In this document: one piece after another, positions 1-14,856 of the stretch
Layout of the letters: each line of letters begins with the position of its first letter
How positions within the stretch are numbered: position 1 is the first letter of the stretch
NCBI GenBank assembly: GCA_964016885.1
Contig: OZ024740.1
Location: 282,286,001-282,350,000, forward strand
Length of the DNA: 64,000 nucleotides
Source of the DNA: Eledone cirrhosa
Taxonomy: Eukaryota
Reading direction: 5' to 3'
Translations under genes and position numbers: made by a program
Notes under the pieces: generated by a model
Databases searched by the model: none
The model's input: only the letters and a program-made list of their open reading frames with translations
What the model was told of the DNA's origin: nothing

Positions 1-338
1 GTGTACGTATGTGTGCGTGTGTGTTTGTGTGTGTATGTGTGTATGTATGTATGTGTGCTGTTCTTCCGTCGTTTGCGACGACGAATGCTTGAGTTGATTC
101 AATAAACGGAACAACCAGGTCGTGACAGCTAATGTAGAAGGGATTGAGCCTGCCACAGATACATACACTCTTAATTTACTTCTCGGTGAGAATCAGCGTG
201 ACGCTACGTGTGACAACTCTGGCCTTTTAAAGTAAAAACAAGACTCCCTTATGCCAGTTGAGTGAACTGAAGCAACATGTCAAAGTTTTCTCAAAGACAC
301 AACGCGCAAACGAATATATATATATACACACACACACG

Positions 339-381
<43 letters not shown>

Positions 382-398
382 GTTTATATATATATATT

Positions 399-432
<34 letters not shown>

Positions 433-433
433 G

Positions 434-552
434 TGAAGGTGTGTGGCTGAGTGGTTAGAGAATTGGATTCGCAATCGTAAGGTTGTGAGTTCGATTCCTG
501 GACCAGGCGATGCGCTATGTCCTTGAGCAAGACACTTTATTTCACGTTGCTC
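434..552 (+). mobile_element. tRNA-derived SINE head plus core, 3'-truncated (SINE family 2)
   Basis: Box A TGGCTGAGTGG, box B GTTCGATTCC, followed by TCCTTGAGCAAGACACTT core; same family as 60566-60900. Confidence 0.8.
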
Positions 553-652
553 CTTCTACCTGGAGTTGCGACCGATAGATAGTATTAGCAATTGGAAATA
601 CCAACGGAAACATTGTTTCCTCGGTCCGATTTGACGAAAGTCGATCGTTCCT

Positions 653-687
<35 letters not shown>

Positions 688-699
688 TACATATACATT

Positions 700-1610
700 T
701 ATTAAAATAACAGATTAAAGTTAAAGCAAAGAATCGCTGCTTTCACCCTTAACGGGATCTTCTGAAACTAAAAAAAAGTCAATCTGTGGACGCAGAAGTA
801 AATATTTCGAAAAACGTTGCAACCGAAGGAAAACAGGAAGACGATACGTTGGTTCGTGAAGACATACCCTGGCAAAGAATGGAAAAAAAGCGAAGATAAT
901 ACATCGTTATGTGGATCGGGGTGAACAATTTCACGCAAAGACAAAGACCAAAACCACGTTTATGGTATGAATGGAGCCAAGCTTTAACCTAATATATACT
1001 AATATTCTATTTAGGAAACCGAATGATTCTCAGTTCCGGAGATAAGAATAATGTATATATGTGTGTATATTTATATATGTATACACAGATATATATATAT
1101 GTGTATTTGGCGTATGCATCGTATGTGCGCTAGTATATGTGTCGTGCTTGGTATACGTACGTGTGCGTGTGTTTATGTGTATGTACAGCATGTGTTTTCG
1201 CGTATGCACGTGTATGTACGTATATAGATATGTATATGTATATATATAATTGTATAAATCTTAACTATTATTAATACCCTCTGTCATTTTCGTTCAACAA
1301 ATTTATTTACATTATTCTTAACCCCAGAGCTGAGAATCATTCGTTCATTGCCAGAGAACGTCTTCATGAGCCAACGTATCGTCTTCCTGTTTTCCATCGG
1401 TTGCAACGTTTTTCAAAATATTTACTTCTGCGTCCACAGATTGATCTTTTTAGGTCCAGAAGATCCCGTTAAGGGTGAAAACAGCGATTCTTTGCTTAAG
1501 CTTTAATCTGTTATTTTAATATATATTTGGTCTATGGTTTTATATATTTTCATATATATATTATTCTTATCGAGCCCTCTTCGGAGTTTAGTCTTCACCT
1601 TTATTATTAT

Positions 1611-1615
<5 letters not shown>
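700..1615. repeat. (TA)n-flanked fold-back element, family D, with HHR-like motif in each arm
   Basis: 700-880 and 1017-1056 are reverse complements of 1309-1520; further pieces at 9191-9334 and 52420-52610. Confidence 0.8.
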
Positions 1616-1684
<69 letters not shown>

Positions 1685-1870
1685 AGATCAAAAGATGGTT
1701 AAAGGAGTTCCATGTATTTTATTATGCGCATTTCAAAAACAAACATCATCATGCAATAATATTTGTGTTTTCATCAGATAAAACAGGAGAACATGATATG
1801 AAGGCTAAAAAACACTTGTGGATAGTGCAGTTTTAAATCAACATATTGTACTACAATAAAACTCACCTCC

Positions 1871-1967
<97 letters not shown>

Positions 1968-2292
1968 ATATATATATATATGTATATATATACATAAATT
2001 CTGAGTATAGTAATTTGTTTTCAGAAGTCACTGCAGCGCATATATTAACTATAGATAAAGATAGTTGAATTTGATATGGAATGTCACTCGCATGTGATGA
2101 AGAGACGAGTGCATACTTTTCCATTTCCTCGATCTTATTTACCTATCTTACAGTTTTATGCTATCAGTAGCATTTGCAAAAAAAAAACAAACAAAAAAAA
2201 AACATAGTCTTAAATATCAATCTTAATACACGTTTCATTGAATGAACTGGAGCATTCGTCGTCGGAATCGATGGAATAAGAAGAACAAGAAC

Positions 2293-2407
<115 letters not shown>

Positions 2408-3191
2408 ACACTCACACACACATAGACTCACACATGCACACACACACACGCACGTACACATATATATTATAATATGGGTCTAACCGAACAGGGATGTGCA
2501 GCCCACATTTTATCCGGTCGGCTGAGATGCAGATCAAATAAAGCGCTCAACGACATATATAAATGGTTCAAGTCGAAACGTTATAGAGTATTAAATAGAT
2601 CGAAAGCCATATGCAGTTGTATTCTGGTTTATTTTCATCTCCATTGAAGTATATTTAAAATTTCATACATTTAAGATGTATGCTCGAATTTAGGTTTTGG
2701 GGTCCACATATGGCCACCACTATAATGAGGGAGCCGTTTCAAAACTGGCTTCGCATCGGGCGCTATGACAAAATTACGAAAAAAAAAAAAAACGTTTGCA
2801 AACTATATTTGGATTTAAACATTGGAGAGCGCCTTTTCGAGAACAAGCTAGGCAATTCCTGATTTCTGAATTACTCGGCGTAAAAGGGCTCGTAAGTGAA
2901 TTATGTACGTGACTTAATTTCTAAACTAATCTGTATGTAAGATGCTTGTGACTTGAGTTGTTAGCTAAATGTCTAAAAAACTTAAACCATTTAAAGGAGA
3001 TCGTTACCAATGCAGATCATAGAATGTTTAACCTTGAGGGGCCAAGGAAGGTAACGCCTGCTATGATATATTTATAAATGTCAGTTTGTAATTGTCAGTA
3101 AAAACTTGTTATTTAATAGAATTACACATAATAAATCAATTCACAATTGTATAAATTGCACTGCAAATATTGATGGAAATATGAAAGTAAA

Positions 3192-3372
3192 ATAATTGTT
3201 TCTACTTTAGGCACAAGGCCAGCAATTAACCAGTGCATTACTGGTACTTTATTTTATCGACCCCGTAAGGATGAAAGGCAAAGTCAACCTCGGCGGGATT
3301 TGAACTCAGATCGTAAAGGGACGTAACTATGCCGGAAAGCATGGCGTCCGACCCTCTACCGATACTGCCAAA
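3192..3372 (-). mobile_element. tRNA-derived SINE family 1
   Basis: TTTATCGACCCCGTAAGGATGAAAGGCAAAGTCAACCTCGGCGGGATTTGAACTCAG body shared by more than 10 copies in the window. Confidence 0.9.
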
Positions 3373-4391
3373 ATAATGAAGAAAAAAGGGGATAAAAATG
3401 AAAAGAAGCACGAATATAGGGGGAAGGTGTAAAGGAGAGCCGATCTAATTTCATAGGAAATTGGGAGAAAGGGCTATAAATGCCATCAATGTGAGGAAAA
3501 ATGAAAGGGGGGGGGCAAGGACTATGAGGCCCCGGAAGAGAGGGAGGGGAAGGGGAGAAGGTGATAGGCTCAGAACATATCTGCGAGGTCATTTCTGCAG
3601 CCAATGGCCAGCAACACACTCTGCAACAACCAACCCCAAATCACGGGGTTCCTTTCTCAGACGAGCTGCTGACGATCTGGTTTTACGGAAAAACTCTGCA
3701 GCATGCTGTCCCAGGACGCCTGCTATCTCGACAGCGACCTGGGCGTAGCGAAAGCGACCAGACAAGCCCCGGTATTTACTTGTCTTCCTGTCCTGTGCAT
3801 TGCGGGCGGCAGTACCGGGGTTTGTGGCCGTAGCAACTAAGTTGGAGGCGAAGAACTTGTCACAGTATGTGGCGTCTCAGGTGAGGGATTTACCTTCTTC
3901 GAATGGGAATAGGGTAATTCCATCGGATGCTTGCCGTTTCCGAGTTTGAGGCTTGTTGGCTCCAGTTGTAATGGGAAGCCAGCTGCGTCCAGGCTCCTCC
4001 TCAATATGTTATTAAAAGCGGAACGTCACGGGAAACGACCGGCGCCCAGACTGCATGACACAGCTTGCCAGTTATTTTGCGAATATTTAAGGCTCTCATA
4101 ACATCTTCTCAATAGCTAAAATCTTAATATGCAAAAAATGTTTAATTGTTAATTGTATGAGTGTTAGCTAGCGTGGAATGTGATTTTGTGTGGCGGAAGC
4201 TCTTTCAATAATTTATTATGGTATGTGCATGTTTATGACATGTGCTTAACGTTTTGTGTATGAATAGGTGACAGGAGGATTCAGCAGGTCTATTGCGGGA
4301 GTATGTTAAGTGTATGTATCTTAAATATACTAAATACGCTCTCTTACTATACATTGAGCATTGTTTTCCTTGACCTTTTTATCTACAGATA

Positions 4392-4471
<80 letters not shown>

Positions 4472-4676
4472 GTGAGTGTGTTTATCTTGTGACAATTGTA
4501 AACAGATGTCTTTTCTTTCTCTATATTTACGAAAGAAGATGAATGAAAACTGCATAGTAGATAATTCACAGTGTCAAGCACAAGCAATCATACACGCATT
4601 CACACACAGACACATATCTATGTATTTATAAACGCACACGTTCTACACACACACACACACACACACACTCTCACAC

Positions 4677-4727
<51 letters not shown>

Positions 4728-4734
4728 TACACAC

Positions 4735-4779
<45 letters not shown>

Positions 4780-4820
4780 TGTGTGCGCGTATCTATATAT
4801 ATATATCTCCTCTCCTCTCT

Positions 4821-4888
<68 letters not shown>

Positions 4889-4987
4889 GTGTGTGTGTAG
4901 TGGAGTGTATCCCGAATTCAATCGGGGGTAGCCCCAGCAAGTAAGGTACTCAAACATAGTAGAGTATATAATGTTTAATATAGAAAT

Positions 4988-5039
4988 GGCTTCTACGGGA
5001 CTAGAAATGTTTCATTTGAAGGAAATCATCAGGAAAGCC
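4988..5039 (-). ncRNA. Type I hammerhead ribozyme, family A (diverged)
   Basis: Minus strand GGCTTTC-CTGATGA-tttccttcaaat-GAAA-catttctagtcccg-TA-GAAGCC; helix III partly mismatched. Confidence 0.6.
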
Positions 5040-5047
5040 CCAAACCC

Positions 5048-5127
<80 letters not shown>

Positions 5128-5910
5128 ATATACACATACACAAGTAGATAGGTATAAAGTTTGATACATATCTAAATATGGGTAATTTTGCAGATTAAGT
5201 GCATAGTCGAAAATGAAACTAATGATAATAGGCGTAATATATAAACAACATTGCTTTCATGAATTACAGAAAGGAACAAGTTTTGTTTTAGCGCAAATGT
5301 TTCTCAATGCTTTTTTGTTAATACACGTGCTGGTATAATGAAATTGTTTTTACATATAGATGAAACGTACAGTATAATTTATCTGCAAGGCTGAAAATTT
5401 CATTACAAATGCAAGCTCAGTTTTCTTATCCACACGCCCTAATTTTGTTTTATCTATTAACATATGTTTTCATTTGTAATGAAATTTTCATCCTTGCAAA
5501 CAAAATACGTTTAACCCTTCATGTACTTCTAAAAATGATTCCATATTACGAAAAGAGAAAAGAAACATTTCGTTAATTGAGATGTATCCACCATTAAAAA
5601 CACATTCGTTTCGGTAATTCAGAAAAAACCAAGTACCTTTTTTTTACGTTATCCTTCATTCTCATCATCTTAGATTCACTTTTAACTTCTAAATACACCT
5701 TGTATATATATATATATATATACAAGGTGTATTTAGAATATAAATTAGTATTGATGCTCTGAAACAGCGATGTATGCTGTCGATCACTCTTCTTTGCTTT
5801 TGTCGTGAATAAGTAAGTGACATAGTCACTGCTTTAAAACTCATGGCGAATGGTCTTCAAGATGTTTTTAATTAAACATACAGTATATTGCCAAATATAC
5901 TACACAGACA

Positions 5911-5962
<52 letters not shown>

Positions 5963-6012
5963 AAATAAAGTTAAATAAAAAGTCAAATGTTTAAAATTTA
6001 GCTTCGTTTATT

Positions 6013-6067
6013 ACTGCTATATATATTTCAGTGACAGCCATCTTTGGCTGTGACCTCTTCAGGCAGT
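6013..6067 (-). ncRNA. Type I hammerhead ribozyme, family C (mirror copy)
   Basis: Exact reverse complement of 6388-6442. Confidence 0.85.
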
Positions 6068-6387
6068 CCGAATTAGTGTGGTATAGACAAGTACATATGT
6101 TGTTGAGGTGTATAATTTTGTCAATACTCTGATATGTCCAGTTCCTGGTTAGGTTGTTATTACTCCGTTATTCTCCGAGGAACTGGAATCATGTGGTATA
6201 GACAAGTACATATGTTGTTGAGGTGTATAATTTTGTCAATACTCTGATATCTCTGAGGAACTGGAATCATATATGATTCCAGTTCCTCAGAGAAATAACA
6301 ACCTAACCAGGAACTGGACATATCAGAGTAGTGACAAAATTATACACCTCAACAACATATGTGCTTGTCTATACCACACTAATTCGG

Positions 6388-6442
6388 ACTGCCTGAAGAG
6401 GTCACAGCCAAAGATGGCTGTCACTGAAATATATATAGCAGT
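6388..6442 (+). ncRNA. Minimal type I hammerhead ribozyme, family C
   Basis: ACTGC-CTGAAGA-ggtcacagcc(aaagat)ggctgtcact-GAA-ATATATAT-A-GCAGT: perfect helix I, long helix II, palindromic helix III, AUA cleavage triplet ending at 6437. Confidence 0.88.
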
Positions 6443-6569
6443 AATAAACGAAGCTAAATTTTAAACATTTGACTTTTTATTTAACTTTATTTTATATATA
6501 TATATATATAAACTTTAATCTGTTATTTTAATAAATATATATATATATATATATATTTAATATAGAAAA

Positions 6570-6620
6570 GTCTTCTACGGGACTAGAACTGTTTCATTCA
6601 GGAGAAATGATCAGGAAGCC
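6570..6620 (-). ncRNA. Hammerhead ribozyme, family A, core-mutated (CTGATCA)
   Basis: Minus strand GGCTTC-CTGATCA-tttctcctgaat-GAAA-cagttctagtcccg-TA-GAAGAC; G8->C probably inactivates it. Confidence 0.6.
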
Positions 6621-6809
6621 CGAATGTAGAACTAGTAGAACCGTAGAAGCCTTTTCTATATTAAATATTTATACTCTGCCTTGTATTGAGTACTTTACTT
6701 ACTGTGATTACCCCCGATTGAACCCGGGATAAACTTATATATATATGTATATACTATAAAGTGAAATGTCAGGAGGCCAAATATGTTGAATTTCCTTAAT
6801 TTTCTTTAT

Positions 6810-6948
<139 letters not shown>

Positions 6949-7083
6949 ATCCCGGGTTTATCCCGGGTTCAATCAGGTGTAACTTCAATAAGAAAGGTAC
7001 TCAATACATAGCAGAGTTTAAACACTTAATATAGAAACGGCTTATACAGGACTAGAACTGTTTCAGTCGGGAGAAATCATCAG

Positions 7084-7134
7084 GGCTTCCTGATGATTTC
7101 TCCCGAATGAAACAGTTCTGGACCTGTAGAAGCC
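7084..7134 (+). ncRNA. Type I hammerhead ribozyme, family A
   Basis: GGCTTC-CTGATGA-tttctcccgaat-GAA-ACAG(ttctggac)CTGT-A-GAAGCC; inverted partner at about 7039-7083. Confidence 0.85.
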
Positions 7135-7263
<129 letters not shown>

Positions 7264-7265
7264 AT

Positions 7266-7446
7266 AACGAAGGAATTGTGGTAAGGAAACAGATGGACGA
7301 TAACGCACCAAAGTACTCAACACTTAGGGTTGTAGAGTGGGTAATAGGAACAAGTATGACCCCGACGGCAGAGCTCAAGCCGTTTCGAGTCCAGAAATAG
7401 CCGTCGAAACGGCTTGACCTCTGCCGTCAGGGTCATACTTGTTCCT
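7266..7446. repeat. Family F fold-back element (half-hammerheads)
   Basis: Palindrome 7344-7447; GAAACGGC...GCCGTC helix III with GUC triplet; other copies at 10415-10553, 13000-13113, 14857-14970, 61426-61617. Confidence 0.85.
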
Positions 7447-7488
7447 ATATATATATATATATATATGAAAAGATATATATATATGAAG

Positions 7489-7519
<31 letters not shown>

Positions 7520-7556
7520 TATATATATATATATATATATAAAGATATATATATGA

Positions 7557-7614
<58 letters not shown>

Positions 7615-7624
7615 AGATATAGAC

Positions 7625-7657
<33 letters not shown>

Positions 7658-8218
7658 TGAGATTTCATTGGTCGTGTAAAACTGATGTCTCGCTCGACTT
7701 TCCAAGAGGTATATGTTACGGTAGCATGTATCTGTGGAATTTCTCATCCACTTACACGATAATATCTCGAGCAGACGATTTCATTGATTGAATCAATTGT
7801 TTACCTACCGAAAAGCCGTGAGAGGAATCAGCTGAATATGGGAATTTATCATTGTTATTGTATGTGTTATGTTCCCCAGGTTTTGTTTCCACGTGTGAAC
7901 GGGATTTGTCCCATCTTTCAATTGTTTTATAACATTTTATTCATCTTATATTCCAACCCAACACGGTATTCTTATTTGTATGACTTTTGGCTTACCATAT
8001 ATATATTTACACACACATACACACATATACACACACGCATACATACACACAATCACACACACACACATATATATATGTATATAGATATATATACATGGCG
8101 TCCAGCAATATGTGTACACACTTCAACAGCATTCTAATAAATATTGTGACTGCACAGGTAATCAACGTGTGAATACATATATTTAAGTATGTGTGTTGCT
8201 TATGTGTGTGTGTGTGTG

Positions 8219-8291
<73 letters not shown>

Positions 8292-8332
8292 ATGATATTA
8301 ATAGATGGAAAATATATTTATAAAACCATATT

Positions 8333-8393
8333 TATTCTATTATATAAATTTCAAGGGTACCAAAACTTTGGTACGCACTCATCAGATAAATTA
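8333..8393 (-). ncRNA. Hammerhead ribozyme, family B
   Basis: Minus strand taatttat-CTGATGA-gtgcgtacc(aaagtttt)ggtaccctt-GAA-ATTTATAT-A-atagaata. Confidence 0.6.
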
Positions 8394-8500
8394 CAAAGTT
8401 TGTTTTATAAATAGTGACATACCCAGGAATCAGACCTCAACGGTTCAAGTTCCGTTATAAATATATTTGTTGAATTACCAAAAATTAAATATCCATTTGC

Positions 8501-8545
<45 letters not shown>

Positions 8546-8577
8546 TATATATATATATATATACTTAAATATATACA

Positions 8578-8617
<40 letters not shown>

Positions 8618-8624
8618 TACATAC

Positions 8625-8676
<52 letters not shown>

Positions 8677-8681
8677 TTAAA

Positions 8682-8793
<112 letters not shown>

Positions 8794-8831
8794 ATATAGT
8801 TAAAAGAATAGAGGTGTAACACACAAGTTAT

Positions 8832-9193
<362 letters not shown>

Positions 9194-9925
9194 ATAATAA
9201 TAAATGTGAAGACAGACTAAAATCCAAAGAGAGCTCGATAAAGATAAATATATATCAAATGTATAAGAACGCTAGAGCAAATATTTACTAAAATAACAGA
9301 TTAAAGTTTAAGCAAAGTATCGCTGCTTTCGACCTGTGTGTTGTTTGTGTACATGCGAATCAGTCTATGTATGTGTATCTATGTTGTCCATGGAAATAAC
9401 AAGGGTGGATATAAATAATATTAAGACAGAGAACATGCGAAAAAAGAAAAGTAAAAATGCTCCGTCAATTTACCTATTAACTCAATACATTTTCGTTACG
9501 CTGATTCAAGTACATTACGCTGATTTTCGTTTTTGATTATTCCTATCATCGTCAGTTTCATTTTTAACTACACCCGTTTGAAGCTATATTACTGATACAT
9601 TTATACATAGATACATACATGCATACATGCATACATACACATATACATACATACATATCTACATACATACAAAAATACATACACCCATATATACATAGAT
9701 ACTTAGATAATATATATATATATATGCATGTATACACACATACATACATGTATACATACATACATGCATACATACAAACATACACATATACAAACATGCG
9801 TATTTACATGCATACAAGTAAACACACATATATACATATATATATATACACACACACACACATATATATATGTGTGTGTGTATGCATGCTTATATATATG
9901 TATGTATATGTATATATTTACATAT

Positions 9926-9998
<73 letters not shown>

Positions 9999-10309
9999 CA
10001 TAAATATATATATGCATACATACACATATATATATATATATATATATGCATACATACACATATACACACACACATACATACATACAAAAAATATATATAC
10101 ATCTATACATACATGCACACATTCACAGCGATTGAACAGTGTTTTCGGGACTAGAAATAGGTAGTAACTTAACCTCTACCACGCTAGTCGATACATCGAT
10201 CTCTATCGATCAATCGACCCTCTGAAACGACCGTAAAACAAATAACTAACTCCCTACCTACACCTGACTTCTGTTCTTATTGTTCAAACAAACACACACA
10301 TGCACACAT

Positions 10310-10351
<42 letters not shown>

Positions 10352-10364
10352 ACATATATATATT

Positions 10365-10649
<285 letters not shown>

Positions 10650-10712
10650 GTGAGGTTTTTTTTACAAAATGAAAAATAACCGAGGTGTCCTACACGAGTG
10701 AAAGTATAAAGA

Positions 10713-10990
10713 AAAGAGATGAAATCGAAAATGCAACTGAAGTCTTATTTTTTAAAAAAAATATATATATTTATTTGGTTCCTTTACCGGTTTCGCAGTT
10801 CTTCTCCTTTTCAAAAGGTGAGTTGAGATGGAGGGTCTGTGGTTTTTCTCACATCTGAGAAAAACCACAGACCCTCCATCTCAACTCACCTTTTGAAAAG
10901 CAGAACAACTGCGAAACCGGTAAAGGAACCAAATAAATATATATATTTAAAAAAAAAAATAAGACTTCAGTTGCATTTTCGATTTCATCT

Positions 10991-10994
<4 letters not shown>
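10713..10994. repeat. (TA)n-flanked palindrome, family G, arms about 139 bp
   Basis: Centre 10853/10854; each arm contains an HHR. Confidence 0.9.
10889..10926 (+). ncRNA. Minimal hammerhead ribozyme, U3-A8 variant, family G
   Basis: CCTT-TTGAAAA-GCAG(aacaa)CTGC-GAA-ACCGGT-A-AAGG; mirror copy at 10781-10818 (-). Confidence 0.8.
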
Positions 10995-11026
<32 letters not shown>

Positions 11027-11175
11027 CAATTACATAAATGCATGCGTGTGTACGTTAACAGTGAGCACTTGCAATAATATTTCTTCCACATCAATACAAA
11101 ATGAAAAACTTGTTATTAAAATGTCTCAATGTAAAAGCTAAATAGTGTAGATAATTGTAGACATAACAAATATAT

Positions 11176-11300
11176 AATTGTTTCTACTTTAGGCACAAGG
11201 CCAGCAATTACCCAGTATATTACTGGTACTTTATTTTATCGACCCCGTAAGGATGAAAGACAAAGTTAACCTCGGCGGGATTCGAACTCAGAATGGCAAC
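11176..11300 (-). mobile_element. SINE family 1, 5'-truncated
   Basis: Same body sequence. Confidence 0.85.
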
Positions 11301-12999
11301 TATATAATATTGATTTTTGACAAATGTATTTTTTACTTTAAATTGTTTTAACAAAAAAATATTCAAATTTGAAGAGTCAAAATTAATTCCAATTTTATAT
11401 GTTTGAATTGCGAGAGTAAGGTATTAAAATTTTTCTTACCATTAAATGGAGTGCCATTGCCAGAATACCTCCTAATAGTCTCTTCATTTTGCATTCGTAG
11501 TCTACAGCCAGTATAGAAACTCTTCAGTGGTACATCAATTTTTATTTGATTGTATATTTGTGTGTGAGTAAGCGTTTGTATGTCTGTGATTTAAGTTTGT
11601 ATATGCGCATAAATAGTAAGATTTCTGAAAAATATATTGGAATATACACACGTATACAAGTGTATGATTGTATAAGAGTCGTTTTATGTGTGTACGTTTA
11701 TGTTCGTAAATAACCCGGTATATATCTGTGAATGTGGTCGTGTGGGAATTATCATTTATTTATACTTGTGTGTTCTCACACAGACATGTACATACGTGTA
11801 GATACATTTGCGCACGCGCATGTATGTATGTGTGTGTGAATATGTGCATGCCCGTATTTGTGTGGGTGTGTGTGTGTCTGAGTGCCTGTGTAAGTTTGTT
11901 TTTCTAAATATATGTCTGTATAAACATATGCATATATCTGCATAGTTTCTCTCTGATTCCCATACGCATCATTACAAGCCTATTTAAATAAATAAAAATG
12001 TATACACACGATGTTATGCAGACAAAGTTCTCACGCAAGAATCGAGTTCATGTATATCCGGTTTGATGTCAATCGACAAGATGATTTTGCTGTATCAATT
12101 TTGCTGGAATTCGTTGACCTATATCAAGTTTCAGTTGAAAACTATACTGAAATATAAGAGATACTTCGCATTCTTTTATCTATTTAGAAATAGGGCAGGT
12201 CATATGCCGTATTAATAAGGGGTTTTGTTTCAAAAATTAAGTGACCTTCCATGACGAAACTGTTATAAACAGTTGATGGATTAGGACAGCTGATTTTGTG
12301 CTAAGTCATTATACACCCAGAGTGTCTCCGAAATGTTCTCTTATGTTACTTAGTAGGTAACTAATTTTCACTGGCTATTGGAAAATATTGTTTCAGAAAT
12401 GTTTTCATAATTCTTCATAAGGCGATGACATTGAATAACATGATATTATGAAATATACAGCTGGGACGTATGCAGGTTTAGCTAGCTTCACACATGTTTT
12501 GTTTTTATAGGTGATTTCGTTGGTATTTTAACGATAGGGGCCCCATTCCTTTAATGAAAAGGAGCGAGAAATGAAGCATCATGCTTAAGAATACAACACG
12601 CTACCTGGTCAAGGAATAACACCCACAATCTTACAACCGTGAGTTCAGCATTCTAGCCACTAGGCCAAACACATCTCTCTGCTTCTAAAATGGGTACTTA
12701 ACTGAATAATAATTATTTATTCATTTATCAAATTGTCTTTTTTCTCTGCTAAATTTTTAATATTTTACTGGTTTTAGCCAATAGATCATCCCTAAAACTC
12801 CATCATATTTGGTGTTAATTTTATTGAGCCCTTTTTGTAGAACCGCCAAGTTACAAGCCATAAACACTAATACAAATAAACACGTAAGCATAAATATAGA
12901 CATAAAATACAAAAATATACACTCACGCAGACACATATATATAAATATTGGTATATATATATATATATATATATACCAATATTTATATATATATATATA

Positions 13000-13113
13000 G
13001 GAAAAAGTATGACTCCGACGGCAGAGCTCAAGCCGTTTCGACGGCTATTTCTGGACTAGCAGAAATAGCCGTCGAAACAGCTTGAGCTCTGCCGTCGGGG
13101 TCATACTTTTTCC
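13000..13113. repeat. Family F palindrome
   Basis: Near-perfect hairpin between (TA)n tracts. Confidence 0.9.
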
Positions 13114-13145
<32 letters not shown>

Positions 13146-13275
13146 GTGTATATAGTTTATATATATATGTGTGTGTATTTATATATATATGTGTGTGCAT
13201 GTATATATATATATATATATAAGTATATATATAGTGTATATATAGTATATATATATATATTTGTGTGTGTGTATG

Positions 13276-13383
<108 letters not shown>

Positions 13384-13399
13384 TATATATTATATATAC

Positions 13400-13447
<48 letters not shown>

Positions 13448-14053
13448 GGTTGAATGATATATAACATTTGTGGTGTAATCTACCCTCGTAATTTTAGACA
13501 CGGGTTTACTGTGTTTACGTCTGCCCCAGCATGGCCTCAGCCGGATGGCTGAAACAGGTAAAAGAGTATATATATATTTATATATGTGTGTGTCTGATGG
13601 TAGCTAAGATGCTTCCATAGGTGGTATACCGGTTGAGCACTCTATGCTCTTACAGGGCAGAGTATGGTATAATATAAAACGAAAAATCAGTGATGCATCT
13701 GAATTCAATTTATTGTGTTACAATTGTTTCGCCGGCGGACAGTTCGATACACGATCATTGCATGGATCTTGTCTGACTCTGAACCCGCGGGCTCGTCGGA
13801 CACGTCAAATGCTTTCGAAACAGATTCTTTCACTGGGGTGTTGGCGTAAAAAAACATCCTCTTCGCGCGTCCCATTATTGGCTGCTGCTTTTCTACGTCA
13901 TCATAAACCTGACCAACAGGTGCCAATTCGGCTGACCATTCTGCCACACTTCGATGAGTTACTACTCGGTTTGGTAGTTCACACGTCCACGCGTGCACTC
14001 ACACACACATATATACACACACACGCACACACGCGCACACACACACACACACA

Positions 14054-14117
<64 letters not shown>

Positions 14118-14166
14118 CAAAGAAAATGTTTATATATATATATATATATACGTATATATATATATA

Positions 14167-14390
14167 TTATTTCACACCCTTACCACCGACTGACTGCGTC
14201 CCCACATTTAGTTATTCAATTCATAACTACACATACAGACACAAACACACACATATATATCACACACATTGATAGATAGATAGATAGATGTGTGTGATAT
14301 ATATGTGTGTGTTTGTGTCTGTATGTGTAGTTATTAAGTGAATAACTAAATGTGGGGGCGCACTCAGTCGGTGGTAAGGGTGTGAAATAA
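14167..14390. repeat. Inverted repeat, arms about 100 bp around (GATA)n
   Basis: 14167-14269 is the reverse complement of 14289-14390 with few mismatches. Confidence 0.85.
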
Positions 14391-14856
14391 AGCGATCCTT
14401 TAAATTCCTAAAAATGCGGCTTATACGCTACAGTTTTATATCTAAGAATGCATATGTTTATATATGCCATACTCACGTGGAATAAATGTGAAATGTGTGT
14501 ATATATCAAACTACCCTAATTTATTGACCTATTGTCCATCTTTATTCGTATTGCATATGACACTTATATAAACATCCTAAGCTTCACTAATTACTTTCCC
14601 TGACACACACTGCAATTCTAAACTATCGTCTGCACAGTTTCTGTACTATTCCCCCCATTCATTGACGTTTCAGATTTTCCCTTTTTTTCACTCTCTCTTT
14701 TAGTCAATTGTTCACGTTAAAACTGTATATGTTCAAATATATATATTTGTGTGTATATATATATATAGTAAATAGTATATATATATATAGTCTATATATG
14801 TGTGTGTGTATTTATATGTATATATATGTGTGTGTGTGTGTGTATATATATATATA

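Larger units (their letters stand above)
5960..6495. repeat. (TA)n-flanked fold-back element, family C
   Basis: Arms of about 225 bp (5960-6192 vs 6272-6495), near-identical, with an internal partial duplication at 6193-6270. Confidence 0.9.

Noticed and set aside
434-510. tRNA gene (also at 51931 and 60566)
   Set aside because: Pol III boxes run into a SINE core; no complete cloverleaf
2545-2600. Degenerate hammerhead-like string (ctcaacgac...gtcGAAACGT)
   Set aside because: Core lacks UGA and helix I is unconvincing
3545-4065. GC-richer block with overlapping short ORFs
   Set aside because: No motif I can recognise; probably a transposon relic, unassignable
13644-14279. 211-aa ORF
   Set aside because: No domain motif; second half is (CA)n/(TA)n
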